From IMG/VR virus record IMGVR_UViG_3300035152_000011: a DNA stretch of 64,000 nt; one strand, given 5' to 3'. The stretch comes from a virus. The notes beneath the pieces are model-generated. The model was not told the DNA's origin, did no database searches, and worked only from the letters and a program-made list of their open reading frames with translations. The position numbers and the translations under genes are program-made. Of the stretch, positions 1-9,769 are shown piece after piece (position 1 is the first letter of the stretch; each line of letters starts with the position of its first letter).

Positions 1-100
1 GCTGTGACGTGACCGCGATGCGTAAGGCGCAGCGAAACTTCGAGAAGCACTGCGTTCGCGAGCGCGTCTAGGAATTAGCCGAGGCCGCAAGAGACAGCTG

Positions 101-418
101 ATGGCAAAGAAAGAAGCTGCGGGCGTAAAGATCCGCAAGGCCAAGAACCCGGACATGGAGTTTCACGTCGAGTCCAAGTACGGAATGCGCTACGTCAAGG
201 CCGTGCACAAGCCGACGGGGCTGCCGATCTCAGCACCACCACACGCCTTGAGCGTCTCATCAGCGGCCGAGTGGATCTGTCTGATGAACACCGCGCTCGC
301 GCGGGTAGACTTCGATGACCGTGACAAAGCAATCACGGCGATCCAGGCAGTGAATGAGTGCTTCACGCGCAAGCCGAGCTGCCCGACAGCGCTTCGCAAG
401 TGTGTGAAGAAGTGGTGA
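101..418 (+). CDS. hypothetical protein
   Basis: Intact 105-aa ORF in the gene-dense + strand block; no recognisable motif. Confidence 0.4.
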   Translation: MAKKEAAGVKIRKAKNPDMEFHVESKYGMRYVKAVHKPTGLPISAPPHALSVSSAAEWICLMNTALARVDFDDRDKAITAIQAVNECFTRKPSCPTALRKCVKKW

Positions 419-476
419 GTCGGCGCGCCCGACGCTAGTTTGCCGATCTCAGCTACGATCATGATAGGCTGAGTGC

Positions 477-740
477 ATGAAACGTGCGCTGACCGCTATC
501 GTCGTCTGCGTTGCCTTCTCGGGCTGCCCCCTCTGGAATGTCGCAACGGAGAAGAAAGACAACTGCGAGCCGACCGCGACCCGCTGCAACGGCAACGTCG
601 CGGAGATTTGCGGTAGCGACAAGCGGTGGGACACGAACATGGACTGCTCGGAGGTGACTGGGCTCGATGATCAGCAGTCATTCGTTTGTTGTGAGACACC
701 GGACGGGCACACCTGCCTGCCGAGCTGCGAGGAGAAGTGA
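477..740 (+). CDS. putative small secreted cysteine-rich lipoprotein
   Basis: N-terminal hydrophobic segment with lipobox-like AFSGC; 10 Cys in 87 aa. Confidence 0.5.
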   Translation: MKRALTAIVVCVAFSGCPLWNVATEKKDNCEPTATRCNGNVAEICGSDKRWDTNMDCSEVTGLDDQQSFVCCETPDGHTCLPSCEEK

Positions 741-997
741 TGGCCAAGCTCACGAAAGCGCGCCGCGAGTACGTCGAGTTTCTCGACAACACATTGATCC
801 CGGATCTCAAAGAGAGCGGCTATGAGGCGACCGCTGAGGACTTCGAGGAGTGCAGTCGGCTGATTCGTGCAGGCAAAAAGGACGCTGGATTCGCTGACTG
901 GCTTAGTCGTACGTTGATCCCTGACCTGAAAGCGAGTGGTCGGATCTACACCGCACAGGACTTCCAGAGGTGCGTTCGATTCATCCGCAAGCGCTAG
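737..997 (+). CDS. hypothetical protein with internal tandem duplication
   Basis: Start overlaps the upstream stop (ATGA). Two about 25-aa repeats: LIPDLKESGYEATAEDFEECSRLIR and LIPDLKASGRIYTAQDFQRCVRFIR. Confidence 0.5.
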   Translation: MMAKLTKARREYVEFLDNTLIPDLKESGYEATAEDFEECSRLIRAGKKDAGFADWLSRTLIPDLKASGRIYTAQDFQRCVRFIRKR

Positions 998-1005
998 GAG
1001 CTGGC

Positions 1006-1452
1006 ATGCGTTGGAATACCAATCTGACTCCAGAGGAGCTTGGCGCTCACCTGCCAGCTTTCTACGGGCCTACACAGTCCCTGACGGTGTTTTCACCCAG
1101 CCTACCAAACATCCCCATGAACCCGAACCTGGATCATCGGGGTAACATGGTGGGACTCCAGTTCACACTCCCCAACGGTATTCGGGTCAGTATTTTGTGG
1201 GGCGACCCAGAGAGCTACAGTGGGGCGTACAGCAACATCGCACGAAGGGGATACCGTCTGCGCGATCCTGACGCAACGTTCGAGCTAGCAGCGTTCTGGC
1301 CAGATGGCGAGTTTGTGAAGCTCGCGCCCTACGATGATGTGGTCGGTTACATCGACCGTGATGAGATCCGTGACATCGTGTACTGCCTCGCAGCCCTTGA
1401 TCCGGCACGCGACCGCAACCTTCGGCCGCCAATCTGTGGGGAGCAGCAATAG
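1006..1452 (+). CDS. hypothetical protein
   Basis: ORF 970..1452 trimmed to the ATG preceded by AGGAG. Confidence 0.4.
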   Translation: MRWNTNLTPEELGAHLPAFYGPTQSLTVFSPSLPNIPMNPNLDHRGNMVGLQFTLPNGIRVSILWGDPESYSGAYSNIARRGYRLRDPDATFELAAFWPDGEFVKLAPYDDVVGYIDRDEIRDIVYCLAALDPARDRNLRPPICGEQQ

Positions 1453-1466
1453 CGAGAGGGACTACG

Positions 1467-1970
1467 ATGGCGACTACGAAGAAAGAGAAGGCGCAGAAGA
1501 TTGCTCCGTGGGCTGCCATCATCGTCGCTGTCCTTGGGACCGTGAACGCCTACATCGACAGTCGAGCTGCAAAGCGGAAAGCCGTCAACGAGGCCAATGA
1601 GGCCGAAGCCGATGCCAAAGAGTGGACCGAAGAGCGCGCACAGAAGGCCTGGGAGACGGTCCGCGAGAAGGTCAACGAGGGCGCCCGCGAGCGCACTGAC
1701 CTCTACTACCGGCTCCAGCTCGTCGAGCGTGATCTCGACGCAGCTATCGAGTTGATCAGCGCGCCGAAGCCTACAACGGGCACTGAGCGGCGTGATTACG
1801 AGGCTAAGCTACATGCGTTGAAGAACCGCGTAGCGGCCGGCGTCGGGAAACCGCCCAAGCCAACAAAGCCACGTCCAGCTCCGTTGAGCGCATGGGATGA
1901 CGTTCAACGCGAGGAGCGGTCAATACCACTTGAGATGATGGCAAAACCACCGTCAAGGGACGGCGAATGA
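1467..1970 (+). CDS. membrane-anchored coiled-coil/Pro-rich protein
   Basis: N-terminal TM helix (WAAIIVAVLGTV), charged coiled-coil region, Pro/Lys-rich tail. Confidence 0.5.
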   Translation: MATTKKEKAQKIAPWAAIIVAVLGTVNAYIDSRAAKRKAVNEANEAEADAKEWTEERAQKAWETVREKVNEGARERTDLYYRLQLVERDLDAAIELISAPKPTTGTERRDYEAKLHALKNRVAAGVGKPPKPTKPRPAPLSAWDDVQREERSIPLEMMAKPPSRDGE

Positions 1971-2143
1971 AGAAGCGTGCCACCGAGCTGACCATCACTG
2001 ATCGCGTCCGCGAGGGCTACTACCTCGCCGAGGTCGTCATGCTGCGACGGATGAACGGCAAGATATGGGTGTGCACGAAGGTCGGGCGCAGCCGTGACGC
2101 CTGCGCGAAAGTGTCACCGGACAAAACGTACGACGTGTTCTAG
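1969..2143 (+). CDS. small hypothetical protein (57 aa)
   Basis: ATG overlaps the upstream TGA (ATGA coupling); MKKRATELTITDRVREGYYLAEV...; not in the supplied track because under 60 aa. Confidence 0.35.
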
Positions 2144-2152
2144 GAGCTGACA

Positions 2153-2746
2153 ATGGCCGATCCGACCCCCGAGCTGGTACAGGAATTCTGGGACTTCATG
2201 AGCGGCCACTACCGCTCGAAGGTCATCAACCGCTCGAACGCGTGGGAGATGAAGGTCGTCGCGCGGTTCCTCAGCCTGATCAAGGCAATGGACGTGGACA
2301 CGTTCATGAAGGAGTACGCAACGACTCTCGGGTCGCGGATCTACATCCCGTTCGAGATCGGCGTACCACAGGAGCACTGGTCGCTCTGGGGGCAGATCAC
2401 GACCTGCGTCCACGAGCACCAGCACGTCTACCAGTACGATAAAGAGGGTCGGACGTTCATGTGGAAGTACCTGCTGCGCTCGTCCGGCCGGGCGCACTAC
2501 GAGGCCGACGCCTACCGATGCAACCTGGAGCTGCATTACTGGCGCTACGGCCGGATGCCGGATACGCATCGGCTTGCGGAGATGCTTCGCGCCTACAAAT
2601 GCAACGAGACGGACATCGCCGTGACCGAGAAGCAATTCAACCTCTCGGTGAAGACCGTCGAGCAGGGTGCGATCATCAATGAAGCCAGCCGCCGTGCCAT
2701 CAAGTGGTTGGAGCACCACGCCCCGGATCTCCGCGAGACAAGCTAG
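2153..2746 (+). CDS. hypothetical protein
   Basis: 197-aa ORF with a His-rich HEHQH segment; codon usage gene-like. Confidence 0.5.
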   Translation: MADPTPELVQEFWDFMSGHYRSKVINRSNAWEMKVVARFLSLIKAMDVDTFMKEYATTLGSRIYIPFEIGVPQEHWSLWGQITTCVHEHQHVYQYDKEGRTFMWKYLLRSSGRAHYEADAYRCNLELHYWRYGRMPDTHRLAEMLRAYKCNETDIAVTEKQFNLSVKTVEQGAIINEASRRAIKWLEHHAPDLRETS

Positions 2747-2799
2747 GTTCGTGGCCGTTCCGGCCCCCCTATAGTTCATAGGCGAGCTGTGATAGAGTT

Positions 2800-2815
2800 G
2801 ATCGCGTCTGCGATC
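2800..2815. promoter_or_regulatory. operator-like IR GATCGCGTCTGCGATC
   Basis: Member of the GATCG-N6-CGATC family; just downstream of TGATAGAGT and upstream of gene 2827. Confidence 0.5.
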
Positions 2816-2826
2816 AAGGATGACAG

Positions 2827-3537
2827 GTGGCTACGCAGCTCAAAAACATCATCGCGCACAGCAACGTCGCGGCGGGCGCGTTCTCGACGTTGCCACACCA
2901 GCTGAACCTAGATGGTCTGGGCCTGGTGCCGGATTCGGTCCAGCTCAGTAACGGCGAATTCGCATTCATCTCCGCTGACGACACGGAGATCACCGTTCGG
3001 AATAACGGTGTTGCCGTTGGAAGTTGCGACGTACTTGCTGAGCACTGGCACACCATGGAACGAACCTTCGGGCCGGAGAGCGTTACTGCGCTCACCCCGC
3101 AGCCGTTTGTTCCAGCTGGTACTAGCGGAGGCGCAGGTGGCGACACCGACCGGTATGCTCCACCCGAGAAGTGGTATCAAGCCAACGTGCCTGCTGCCCA
3201 AGCAAACGTGCCACTGAACGCGCTACTCAGTGTCAACTTCGATGACATCAAGATGATCCGCGATGGAAGCGTCGTAGGTCTTTCCACGAGGTTCAACGAA
3301 GCCGTCACCGATCCCAACGCAGGGTCGGCCGTCATCACAGTTACGATCAACGGCATTGCGGGGACCTTGGCTGTCTCACACAGCGCAGGTACCAATCCTA
3401 CTGGTGGTGAGGCGATACAAGCGGCCGGCGTCGATACCTTCGTCGCTGGCGATCTCATCGGAATCGAAATCACAACATTGGGCACGTTCGCTCCGACAAC
3501 AGCGGAGGTCGAAGCGTGGCTCGATTTTCAGTTCTAG
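2827..3537 (+). CDS. tail-fibre/receptor-binding-like protein, mosaic paralog 1
   Basis: GTG start. C-terminal about 120 aa paralogous to the C-terminus of ORF 3547..4167 (KW.Q.NV.A.Q.NV...SHS.GTNP.GG...GTFAPTT). Structural role is an inference. Confidence 0.5.
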   Translation: MATQLKNIIAHSNVAAGAFSTLPHQLNLDGLGLVPDSVQLSNGEFAFISADDTEITVRNNGVAVGSCDVLAEHWHTMERTFGPESVTALTPQPFVPAGTSGGAGGDTDRYAPPEKWYQANVPAAQANVPLNALLSVNFDDIKMIRDGSVVGLSTRFNEAVTDPNAGSAVITVTINGIAGTLAVSHSAGTNPTGGEAIQAAGVDTFVAGDLIGIEITTLGTFAPTTAEVEAWLDFQF

Positions 3538-3546
3538 GAGTAGCAG

Positions 3547-4167
3547 ATGAGCACAGCACGTAGAGGCGGCGTCAACAACATCATCCTTCTGAGCGGAAGC
3601 ACTGGCAATGACCCCGAGGTGCTTGCAGGCACCGCTGACCCCAGCGCGGCGTCCGGTGTTGCAGCGAAAGAGGGTTCGATCTACCTACGGTACGGAGCGG
3701 GCGCGGGGCAAATCTGGTTCAAGACGGCCGCAGCCGACACGGGTTGGACGCAGAGCGACCCGACTGTCGTCACGACCATCCGTGAGATCCCCAGCGAGAA
3801 GTGGGTCCAGAACAACGTCGCGGCCAGTCAGTCCAACGTCGATCTGAGTGCGCTCGTCTCGACGAGTTTCGACACCTTCAAGGCGATCCGAGACGGCAGC
3901 ATCGTGGGGCTCTCAACGGCGCTGACCGAGGCCATCACTGACGTGACCGCCGACAGTCTCATCGTCGCGGTCACAGTCAACGGCGCGACCGGCACGCTCC
4001 AGATCAGTCACAGTAGCGGTACAAACCCCTCGGGCGGTCAGGCAACGCAAGCGACAGGCATCGACACGTTCTCGGCTGGTGACGAGCTGGGCGTCGAGCT
4101 GACCACGCTCGGCACGTTCGCGCCGACGACAACGGATCTCGAAGCGGCAATCGAGCTTCAGTTCTAG
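3547..4167 (+). CDS. tail-fibre/receptor-binding-like protein, mosaic paralog 2
   Basis: N-terminal module (GNDPEVLAGTADPS...EGSIYL) shared with ORF 4193..5176; C-terminal module shared with ORF 2827..3537. Confidence 0.5.
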   Translation: MSTARRGGVNNIILLSGSTGNDPEVLAGTADPSAASGVAAKEGSIYLRYGAGAGQIWFKTAAADTGWTQSDPTVVTTIREIPSEKWVQNNVAASQSNVDLSALVSTSFDTFKAIRDGSIVGLSTALTEAITDVTADSLIVAVTVNGATGTLQISHSSGTNPSGGQATQATGIDTFSAGDELGVELTTLGTFAPTTTDLEAAIELQF

Positions 4168-4192
4168 TGCGATGATCGAGTAGAGTCGGCTC

Positions 4193-5176
4193 ATGGCTGA
4201 AGGCAGACGCGGCGGCGCAAACTCGTACAGGGTCATTTCAGGTGGCGGAAATGATCCGCTTGTGCTCGCAGGCACAGCCGATCCGTCGTCGGGTGGCGGT
4301 GTCGCTGCGCCCGAGGGCAGCATCTACCTGTTGAATTCGACTGGCGCGGGCAAGAACTACTTCAAAGCCGGTGCAGCGAACACAGCATGGACCGAAGTAC
4401 CGTCGCTTGGCACCGGGCCGCTCTCGGGTGTCGAGTCAAATCTGTGGGCACCCCCGTCGTCACCGAGCAGCGAAGACGACGAATTCACGTCGGACACGCT
4501 CTCGACTGGCTGGACGACACAAGGTGATACGTTCGACGATACGACGCCGCCTGCAATCGGAGCCAATTTCAACTCGGGCAACCTTCGGTACAGCTTCTCG
4601 CAGCGGAATTCATGGTTGCGGATGCAGGCCGTTGCGGATAGCACGTACAACTACATCTTCAAGCGATTCTCTGGTTTCGAGTCGGCACTGCCGGACGGAA
4701 CCTATTGGACGCGTTTGTCACAGCAAGTGTGGTCTTCGGACAGCAGTCTCTATCCTGGTGATTGTGCCCTCGCGCTCATAATGGGGTACAGCGCGACTGG
4801 AGCATCGATCAACACCAGCGTCGATGGAATCGAGTTTTCTTCAAACGCCATAACTAGCGTCAACGGAATCTACACGTCGGTTGTCCACAGGGTAGCGGGG
4901 ACGCCGACGAGTCAGGACTTGAACGATCTCAGCGGCTACATTCCGCATGCGTACCTGGCAATCATCAAGGATGGGGACTATTTTCTGATCTACGCGAAGC
5001 CCGAAGAAGGAGCTTGGGTTTTCGTGGACGCAACTTCTCACGGTGCTGGAGCCAATAACCTAAACGCTGTTGGCTTCTTCATCAGGAACACGTACTATCA
5101 GGCTGGCGGCGTCAAGGGCAACGGCATCGTCGAGGTCGATTTCTTCCGCTATCGATCTGATGGCCAACTTCCGTAG
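4193..5176 (+). CDS. tail-fibre/receptor-binding-like protein, mosaic paralog 3 with distinct distal domain
   Basis: Shares the N-terminal GNDPLVLAGTADPS...EGSIYL module with paralog 2; unique Ser/Thr/Gly/Asn-rich C-terminal domain. Confidence 0.5.
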   Translation: MAEGRRGGANSYRVISGGGNDPLVLAGTADPSSGGGVAAPEGSIYLLNSTGAGKNYFKAGAANTAWTEVPSLGTGPLSGVESNLWAPPSSPSSEDDEFTSDTLSTGWTTQGDTFDDTTPPAIGANFNSGNLRYSFSQRNSWLRMQAVADSTYNYIFKRFSGFESALPDGTYWTRLSQQVWSSDSSLYPGDCALALIMGYSATGASINTSVDGIEFSSNAITSVNGIYTSVVHRVAGTPTSQDLNDLSGYIPHAYLAIIKDGDYFLIYAKPEEGAWVFVDATSHGAGANNLNAVGFFIRNTYYQAGGVKGNGIVEVDFFRYRSDGQLP

Positions 5177-5196
5177 CGACGCCGGCTTTGTGACAA

Positions 5197-5580
5197 ATGG
5201 CGCGCTACGCTGGCATCTTTCTGGTCCGTGATGACGGCGCTATTCTGCTCGCTAGACGCTCTCAACACGTCTCGGAGCCAGGCTGGTGGTCGATCCCTGG
5301 TGGCGCGGCAAGACTCGGAGAGCGGCCCATAGCAGCCGCCTTGCGCGAGTTTGGTGAAGAGATGGGCAGCGTCCCACCACTCCAGCTCGTGAGCGCACAC
5401 CCGGTTCGGATTCCGAAGGGCGTATTCACAACCGTCCTGGCTACCATACCGACCAATGTCGGTACGAATTGGCAGCCGCGGCTCAATTGGGAGCACGACA
5501 ACTGGGGATGGTTCCACGTCGGGCAACTTCCCCGTCCACTGCATCCAGGCGTCAGCCTGTTCGTCCGCGGAGAGAACTAA
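5197..5580 (+). CDS. NUDIX hydrolase
   Basis: Nudix box GGAARLGERPIAAALREFGEEMG matches GX5EX7REUXEEXGU. Confidence 0.75.
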   Translation: MARYAGIFLVRDDGAILLARRSQHVSEPGWWSIPGGAARLGERPIAAALREFGEEMGSVPPLQLVSAHPVRIPKGVFTTVLATIPTNVGTNWQPRLNWEHDNWGWFHVGQLPRPLHPGVSLFVRGEN

Positions 5581-5612
5581 TGGCGCAGCGAAACGCGCTA
5601 CGAAGCCAGCTA

Positions 5613-5628
5613 GATCGTAGCTGCGATC
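5613..5628. promoter_or_regulatory. operator-like IR GATCGTAGCTGCGATC
   Basis: Followed by GGTAGACT, GGCAGC and ATG 5647. Confidence 0.5.
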
Positions 5629-5646
5629 CAGTGGTAGACTGGCAGC

Positions 5647-5856
5647 ATGCCTCGACGTCAACCGCGCTACAAAGACCCCTTCCAAGGCGTGAAGGCCGCT
5701 GAGCGTCTGGCCCGTGAGGGCAATTGTCCCGGCGCTGTCATGGTCTTCGGGAACCTTTCCCGCGACGCCGCGATGAATCACCCAGGATCGGATGAAGCAG
5801 CCAGTCAGGTCTTCGGTGATCTGATCCACTTCGGGTGCGTGCGCCGCATGCGCTAG
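5647..5856 (+). CDS. small hypothetical protein
   Basis: ATG immediately after GGTAGACTGGCAGC (leaderless-promoter motif) and operator IR 5613-5628. Confidence 0.4.
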   Translation: MPRRQPRYKDPFQGVKAAERLAREGNCPGAVMVFGNLSRDAAMNHPGSDEAASQVFGDLIHFGCVRRMR

Positions 5857-5864
5857 GAGGTCCC

Positions 5865-6308
5865 ATGCTTGTCCTCGGGTTCACAGATGAACAGCTCGAC
5901 GACCTCTATGACGCAGAGCGCTGGAGCGTCGATGAGCAGCAAGAGATCATCATCGACACGGCGCGGCCTGGTGGTTTCGACCGCATCTACGCTGCCTACC
6001 TTCGAGCGGGACGTACGCCGGACCGCGTACGCTACATGATCTACCTGGCCGACGGCGCGCGCCAGTATGACATGATCGAGGAAGCGCTTGCGATTCTCCG
6101 CCAGGCGACTCGCGGCGAGCTGGAAGAGATGCGGTACCGCGCCGAACCACCGCTACGCGAGCTAATCTCACAGGTCCAGAGAGAGAAATCTGGAGGCCGA
6201 CTCAAGCTAGCGGTCGGGCTCAGCTTCGTAGCCGCACTGGCCGGCGGCGTCTCCTACTGGTACTTCCGCAAGCCGAGGAGCAATGGCCTGCCGCCGGCCG
6301 CTTTCTAA
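5865..6308 (+). CDS. hypothetical protein with C-terminal TM anchor
   Basis: AGGAGG then ATG at 5865 (trimmed from 5835); C-terminal hydrophobic helix. Confidence 0.5.
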   Translation: MLVLGFTDEQLDDLYDAERWSVDEQQEIIIDTARPGGFDRIYAAYLRAGRTPDRVRYMIYLADGARQYDMIEEALAILRQATRGELEEMRYRAEPPLRELISQVQREKSGGRLKLAVGLSFVAALAGGVSYWYFRKPRSNGLPPAAF

Positions 6309-6474
6309 GCGAGGCCATCGGGCACCGCCTTCTACACGCAAGGAACGCCGTCGTGGAGCGTACCCTATCAAAAGGTCAACGGATTTTCCTCTGGGTAGGA
6401 GGCAGCATCGTTGGCCTATCCGTCCTTGCGATGATCAAGGCGATGATCGACGTGAGTCGTGAGTCGCAACACTA

Positions 6475-6490
6475 GATCGCGGATGCGATC
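6475..6490. promoter_or_regulatory. operator-like IR GATCGCGGATGCGATC
   Basis: Upstream of TAGGGT and gene 6547. Confidence 0.45.
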
Positions 6491-6546
6491 TTGCTTGCGC
6501 TTGTCACATCGGTTGTGTAGGGTCGGCGGCTCCCAGGGGGGAACCG

Positions 6547-6765
6547 ATGGAGACGATCTCAACCTATTGCGAATGTAGCTGCCACGACGGAGTCGATCAC
6601 GGACCTGACCATCAGTGCTTTCCGGTCTGCGCGCCGTGCGCTTTCTGTCGAATGCCCGTGCGGGTCATCTTCCTGAAAGAACATCAGGACCAGTGTCCGG
6701 CCCGATTCGCACTCTCGCCCGTCGAGCAGCGAGTCGTGTTGCGGCGTGCCGCCGCAGCTCTATAG
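6547..6765 (+). CDS. small Cys-rich protein
   Basis: GGGGGG RBS-like; 11 Cys/His in 72 aa; overlaps antisense ORF 6665..6886 (ambiguous). Confidence 0.35.
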   Translation: METISTYCECSCHDGVDHGPDHQCFPVCAPCAFCRMPVRVIFLKEHQDQCPARFALSPVEQRVVLRRAAAAL

Positions 6766-7193
6766 CGCTGGCGTCACCGTCGTCTATGACGAGGTTGGCG
6801 AGCGCCTCAAGGCTCTGATCTGAGAGTGTGTCGAGCAGTGTATCGAGCGTCGATTCCTCTGTCTTGACGTCCCCAACGTCAGCCATCCCCTACCCCCTTT
6901 GCTACTCAGCTCACCCGAAACCTCGTCTAAGCGTAGCGCGTCCCGCGAATGTGTCCAGCTCGCGTCCTACTTGCGGCACACTGGCCGCGTGCGCAGATGC
7001 GCAGCTTCAGCCTTCGCCGTGCTGAAGGCATCTTCCTTGTCGTCGGTGAAGTACCCACCGTCCTCCTTGCCGCCCACCGTTCGACCGTTGACGACCGACT
7101 GCACAACGAACTGATCCCACTCAGGGTCGCGATAGATGCCTACCGAGCACTTCGTGCCGACACGGATGGTGTGAATCTTTCTACGTGCCACCT

Positions 7194-8252
7194 CTATAGC
7201 TCCTCGCGCCGCGCACGACGCTGTTGATACCAGTTGTACCCAATCAATCCGAGTGCAGCCAGTACGGCCATGCCGCCGATACTTGCACCTGCAATCCGTG
7301 CTCGGCGGTAGCTCACCACGATAGGCTTCGGCGGGTACGGCTGCGGCGCCGGAATGTCCTCGGTCGTCGGTAGCCACGGGTCGGGGATCGCCGGAGGTAT
7401 CGGCGGCGGATCAGGCAGTCCGTACATGTGTGCCTTCACGGCCTGCGCTGCGTGGAAGATGTTGGTCTTCTCGGTCTTCGAGTACGGACCGGGAATCTCA
7501 TGCGGTGCCAGTAGGAACGGTGCTTTGCCAGTGATGCGTTCCATCGCGCCGATGATGTAGCTCCGCAACTGCACTGGCAGCCGTCGGTCAGTGATTTCCA
7601 ACAGTGCTACCAGCGCTGCCATAACACTGGCGGCCGACGGCATCTCGGAGTAGCCGGCCGGTGGGTTGCGCAGCGCCAATGTGAGTAGCCCCTCGATGGT
7701 GAAGCTGTTGTAGCGGTCGGGCTCGTTCGCGAACGGCCGCACGTCGTAGACCGGGATCTTGCCGGCCCAGTACGCAGCTCGCTCACGGACCTTATCGTTC
7801 GGGTCGTTCACGAGGGCCTGGTAGTACAGCATCCGGCTCGGGCCGATAACTTGCTCGACCTTCGAGTCGGTGACGTCAGCCTGCCACATCGCCAAGTAGT
7901 GCCCGAGCGCGTTTGTCAAGTCGAGGCGTGACTGCGCATTGCACAAATCGGGCAGATTGAGGCAGCCCTGATCTTCACAGAAGGCGACATCGCAGGCTGT
8001 GAACTTGTCGCCGGCCGGGATCTGCATCCCGAGCGGCCCGATGATCGTCTGTTCCGCGGTGCGGAGCTTACTGAGCTGTTCATAGTAGTGCGTGAGTGCA
8101 AGCGCGGCAGCACGCGCCTGCTGCACGTCCCACCGGTCGTAAGTGATCGTCGTCGGCACCTGCGCGTAGAGCTGGTCGGCGGCCGTCCTCACGTCCTGGA
8201 GTGGCGTGGGCTGGCTATCGGCCCCGAGCTGGGCATATCCGACCACAAGCAT
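7194..8252 (-). CDS. membrane-anchored protein with Pro-rich linker
   Basis: 352 aa; C-terminal TM (AGASIGGMAVLAALGLIGY) preceded by a PPIPPAIPDPWLP proline-rich segment. Confidence 0.55.
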   Translation of the reverse strand: MLVVGYAQLGADSQPTPLQDVRTAADQLYAQVPTTITYDRWDVQQARAAALALTHYYEQLSKLRTAEQTIIGPLGMQIPAGDKFTACDVAFCEDQGCLNLPDLCNAQSRLDLTNALGHYLAMWQADVTDSKVEQVIGPSRMLYYQALVNDPNDKVRERAAYWAGKIPVYDVRPFANEPDRYNSFTIEGLLTLALRNPPAGYSEMPSAASVMAALVALLEITDRRLPVQLRSYIIGAMERITGKAPFLLAPHEIPGPYSKTEKTNIFHAAQAVKAHMYGLPDPPPIPPAIPDPWLPTTEDIPAPQPYPPKPIVVSYRRARIAGASIGGMAVLAALGLIGYNWYQQRRARREEL

Positions 8253-8368
8253 GACCCTACTCTATCACGCTCTCAGCGGCTCCAGGACGGCCTCAGAACG
8301 GCTCCAGAACGACTACGGCCGAGGCGCCCCTCGGGTGCCCCGGCCGCAAATGCTCCTCTCAGGCGCTC

Positions 8369-9769
8369 TCAGCTCGCCTGAGCGTGCTTCTCGATGACCC
8401 GACAGCGGGTGAGCTGGGTCTGCTCCGTGCCCTTCCACTCGCCGTGCTCCTTGACCTTGCCGCGCAGCTCGTAGGTCGCGCCGACTTCCAGCCGCTTGCC
8501 GGTCGAGCGCCAGATGACGCAGTTGCCGTTGGCGTCCACGAAGCGATGGAAGTGGTACACGCCCCACTGGCTTTCGCCGTCGTAGATCCCCGTCACGGTG
8601 ACGACCACGTTGATCATGTCACCGACGGCGCCCAGATGAGCCGAGTTTGCGACCGACTTACGGGCGTTGCGCCGCTTGGCCTCGTAGGCCAGCCGACGCT
8701 CGTACCAGGGGATGACCGAGGCGGCAAGGCCAGCGGTGCTGCCCTTCACGGTGTCGGCCGCGCAGGCGACGCGCAGGTTGTGCTCGTAGTCGCTGCGGGT
8801 GTTGTCCTTGGTCAGCACGCGACGCACGCAAGCGAGCGCATCCTTGGCGAGTTTGGCATCGCGGTCCTCGATCTCCGCGATGAACTGCCGCGCGACCTGG
8901 TGCATCTTGGGCGACCAGGGGAACAGCAGCGACCAGGCCTCGTCGGCCGTCGCCAGTTCGCCCTCGTCGTCCCGCGCCTTCGAGCGCGACACCCAACCGT
9001 GCAGTCGGATCTGCGCAGCGACGAAGAGCAAGAAGTCTTCGATGGGACCTTCCAGCGGACCGCCGGAACCCCATCCCAGCTCGGGCTCTTCATCGCTGGC
9101 CGCGCTGCGGGCTTCGATAAGCAGCTCGGCAAGACGCGCGATCTGCTTCGGGTTGGCGCCGCCGCCGATGTATTTGCCGAGGCAGTTGCGGCCGACTTGA
9201 CGGGCCTCGCCGTTGTCGTGACGCACGACGAAGCTGTCCTTGCGGTAGCGACGCGTGTTGCAGTGCTCGCAATGCGGCTTGACGTCGCGGAAGCGGTCCA
9301 GCTCGCCCTCGGCGATCTGCGCGCCGGGAACCGTGCGAAGGATCGTGCCAGCTTCTTCATGCTGAAGCGTGGCGATGAATTCCCAGTCTGCCAGCTTCGC
9401 GGCCGGCCCGTCCACGCGGCAGAGGTAGTAGACGCGCGGCGCGCCGGGCTTCCAGCTCGAACCGGGGTAGTCGGTGTAGATGCAGTCACCGTTGCTGCGA
9501 TGGTGCGCCTTGTCGCAACCGCAGTAGAGGCAACGCGGCGGCCGCTCCTGGCGCGCGGTCGCCTCGATGGTGATTGGCGCGGCGTTGGCCAGCGGACCGA
9601 CCTTCGCGAGCCGCTTCTGCCGACGCTGGAGCTTCTTGATCCGGTCTTCAAGGTACGGCATGCGGGCCGCGGGAACGAGAAAGAGGTTCGTCTCGTCCTC
9701 GGGGACCTCGTAGTCAGCCGCGATGACGGGGAGCTGCGAGTAATCGGTGGGAGCGTCCTTGACCATCTT
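8369..9769 (-). CDS. Zn-finger / OB-fold-like hypothetical protein
   Basis: Trimmed to the ATG preceded by GGAAGGA; two Cys clusters (CLYCGC..C, CEHC..C); C-terminal beta-rich domain. Confidence 0.55.
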   Translation of the reverse strand, partial: KMVKDAPTDYSQLPVIAADYEVPEDETNLFLVPAARMPYLEDRIKKLQRRQKRLAKVGPLANAAPITIEATARQERPPRCLYCGCDKAHHRSNGDCIYTDYPGSSWKPGAPRVYYLCRVDGPAAKLADWEFIATLQHEEAGTILRTVPGAQIAEGELDRFRDVKPHCEHCNTRRYRKDSFVVRHDNGEARQVGRNCLGKYIGGGANPKQIARLAELLIEARSAASDEEPELGWGSGGPLEGPIEDFLLFVAAQIRLHGWVSRSKARDDEGELATADEAWSLLFPWSPKMHQVARQFIAEIEDRDAKLAKDALACVRRVLTKDNTRSDYEHNLRVACAADTVKGSTAGLAASVIPWYERRLAYEAKRRNARKSVANSAHLGAVGDMINVVVTVTGIYDGESQWGVYHFHRFVDANGNCVIWRSTGKRLEVGATYELRGKVKEHGEWKGTEQTQLTRCRVIEKHAQAS

